From contig CAZXDE010000008.1 in NCBI GenBank assembly GCA_964639515.1, positions 1-25,834 of the forward strand: DNA of 25,834 bases, read 5' to 3'. This DNA comes from an uncultured Thermodesulfovibrio sp. GTDB taxonomy: Bacteria; Nitrospirota; Thermodesulfovibrionia; Thermodesulfovibrionales; JdFR-85. The number at the start of each line of letters is the position of its first letter. Within the stretch, counting starts at the first letter, position 1. Positions 24,095-25,834 of the stretch are shown one piece after another. Below the pieces are notes generated by a model. That model was not told the DNA's origin and ran no database searches. It worked only from the letters and a program-made list of their open reading frames with translations. The translations under genes were made by a program, and so were the position numbers.

Positions 24095-25834
24095 ATGAGG
24101 ATGTCAGGTGCGGAAATATTAATAGAATCTCTGAAGAGGGAAGGTGTTAAACACATCTTTGGATATCCCGGCGGAGTTGTCCTGAACATATTCGACCTGC
24201 TCTATGAGAACAATGACTTTCAGGTAATTCTGACCCGGCATGAGCAGGGGGCGGTACATGCTGCCGACGGATATGCACGTTCAACAGGAAAGCCCGGCGT
24301 TGCCCTTGTTACTTCGGGGCCCGGGGCAACCAATACCGTGACGGGTATAGCCACGGCGTATATGGATTCAGTCCCCATTGTTGTCCTGACAGGACAGGTT
24401 TCAACTGATTTGATTGGAAACGATGCCTTTCAGGAGGCCGATATCGTCGGAATAACAAGGCCGTGTACCAAGCATAACTACCTTGTAAAGGATGTTAAAG
24501 ACCTTGCCGGAACCATCAGAGAGGCCTTTTATATTGCCACCACAGGCCGTCCCGGCCCTGTGCTGATAGACATTCCAAAGGATGTCACAGTAGACAGGAC
24601 GGCATTTAAATGGCCTGAACAGGTAAGCCTTCGCAGCTACAATCCTACATATGAAGGCAACAAATGGATGATAAAACAGGCAGCCGGTAGCATACAGAAG
24701 GCCAAAAAGGCCGTTATTATTGCCGGAGGAGGGGTAATCCTCTCCAATGCAGCCAGGGAGCTGAAAGAACTTGTCGAGTTTACAGAGGTGCCGGTTACCA
24801 TGACCCTGATGGGGCTTGGCGACTTCCCGGGTGCGCACGAACTCTCCCTTGGTATGCCTGGTATGCACGGCACCTACTATGCCAACAAGGCCATTCAGGA
24901 ATCAGACCTGATAGTGGCAGTGGGTATCAGATTTGACGACAGGGTTACCGGAAGGGTAAAGGATTTTGCCCCTCATGCAAAGATTATTCATATAGATATA
25001 GACCCTACATCCATAAGGAAGAATGTCAGGGTTGATATACCGATTGTCGGTGATGCAAAGAGGATTTTGAAGGTTATGCTCAGTATATTAAAGGAAGAGG
25101 GCAAGACCCAATGGGAACCTGTGCGCAAGGCCTGGCTTAAACAGATAGACCAGTGGAAAAAAGAGCATCCCCTCGGTTATGTGTATAGTGATACCATCAT
25201 AAAACCTCAGTATGTTGTTGAACAGTTATATGAACTGACAAAGGGCAATGCCATCATATCCACAGAGGTTGGTCAGAACCAGATGTGGGCTGCGCAGTTT
25301 TATAAATACGACAAGCCCCGCACCCTGTTGACCTCAGGCGGGCTTGGGACAATGGGTTACGGATTTCCGGCAGCAATGGGTGCACAGGTAGCCAATCCCG
25401 GCAAGACCATCATTGATATTGCCGGTGACGGAAGCATACAGATGAATATCCAGGAACTTGCAACCTGCGTGCTTTACAAGCTGCCTGTAAAGGTGGCAAT
25501 ACTGAACAACCAGTATCTCGGAATGGTGAGGCAGTGGCAGGAGCTCTTCTATGAAGAACGTTATTCCTGCAGCCATCTCGATACAGTACCGGACTTTGTC
25601 AAGGTTGCAGAAGGGTACGGAGCCGTGGGGCTGAGGGCCGTAAAGCCATCAGAGGTGGTGCCTGTCATAAAGGCGGCCCTTAAGGTAAAAGACAAGCCTG
25701 TTTTTATGGACTTTGTTGTTGACTGGAAGGAAAAGGTATTCCCGATGGTGCCTGCCGGAGCTGCTATTGATGAGATGATGCTCGGTGAAGAGGCTGAAGA
25801 AAAGAAGACAAAGAAGCTCCGTGCCGTTAAATAG
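24095..25834 (+). CDS. ilvB: acetolactate synthase large (catalytic) subunit, biosynthetic type
   Basis: 579 aa with [63 protein letters not shown] and the TPP motif [11 protein letters not shown]. Confidence 0.96.
   Translation: MRMSGAEILIESLKREGVKHIFGYPGGVVLNIFDLLYENNDFQVILTRHEQGAVHAADGYARSTGKPGVALVTSGPGATNTVTGIATAYMDSVPIVVLTGQVSTDLIGNDAFQEADIVGITRPCTKHNYLVKDVKDLAGTIREAFYIATTGRPGPVLIDIPKDVTVDRTAFKWPEQVSLRSYNPTYEGNKWMIKQAAGSIQKAKKAVIIAGGGVILSNAARELKELVEFTEVPVTMTLMGLGDFPGAHELSLGMPGMHGTYYANKAIQESDLIVAVGIRFDDRVTGRVKDFAPHAKIIHIDIDPTSIRKNVRVDIPIVGDAKRILKVMLSILKEEGKTQWEPVRKAWLKQIDQWKKEHPLGYVYSDTIIKPQYVVEQLYELTKGNAIISTEVGQNQMWAAQFYKYDKPRTLLTSGGLGTMGYGFPAAMGAQVANPGKTIIDIAGDGSIQMNIQELATCVLYKLPVKVAILNNQYLGMVRQWQELFYEERYSCSHLDTVPDFVKVAEGYGAVGLRAVKPSEVVPVIKAALKVKDKPVFMDFVVDWKEKVFPMVPAGAAIDEMMLGEEAEEKKTKKLRAVK

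Noticed and set aside
24036-24098. 20-aa upstream ORF ending in an ATGA overlap with ilvB, as an attenuator leader peptide
   Set aside because: It has no run of Leu/Ile/Val codons, no terminator hairpin and no SD, and its ATG lies inside the candidate -10.

Overview
A 25.8 kb, densely coded chromosomal housekeeping region from a diderm, probably anaerobic bacterium. The gene set is reminiscent of Nitrospirota/Desulfobacterota, which is inference only. Plus strand, left part: psd-pssA-leuA, leuC with no adjacent leuD, a PAS-GAF-GGDEF diguanylate cyclase, and a 2-oxoacid:ferredoxin oxidoreductase beta+gamma pair followed by an ArgA-like GNAT. Minus strand: an operon of tamB, a 901-aa Omp85 with about 7 POTRA domains, and a SurA-N-domain protein. 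Plus strand, right part: aspC-era-DUF151 nuclease-recO, hsp20, a CDP-alcohol phosphotransferase, a sulfotransferase, surE, an FAD oxidoreductase, pcm and ilvB. I found no rRNA, tRNA, CRISPR array or transposase. The most unusual non-coding signals are nested palindromic (REP/RPE-like) elements on both sides of leuC, 7-nt tandem repeats in the 5' ends of two genes, and two likely leaderless genes. I see no clearly new system. The best candidates are the nested-palindrome elements, the tamB/7-POTRA-Omp85/SurA module and the lipid-phosphotransferase/sulfotransferase/SurE cluster.
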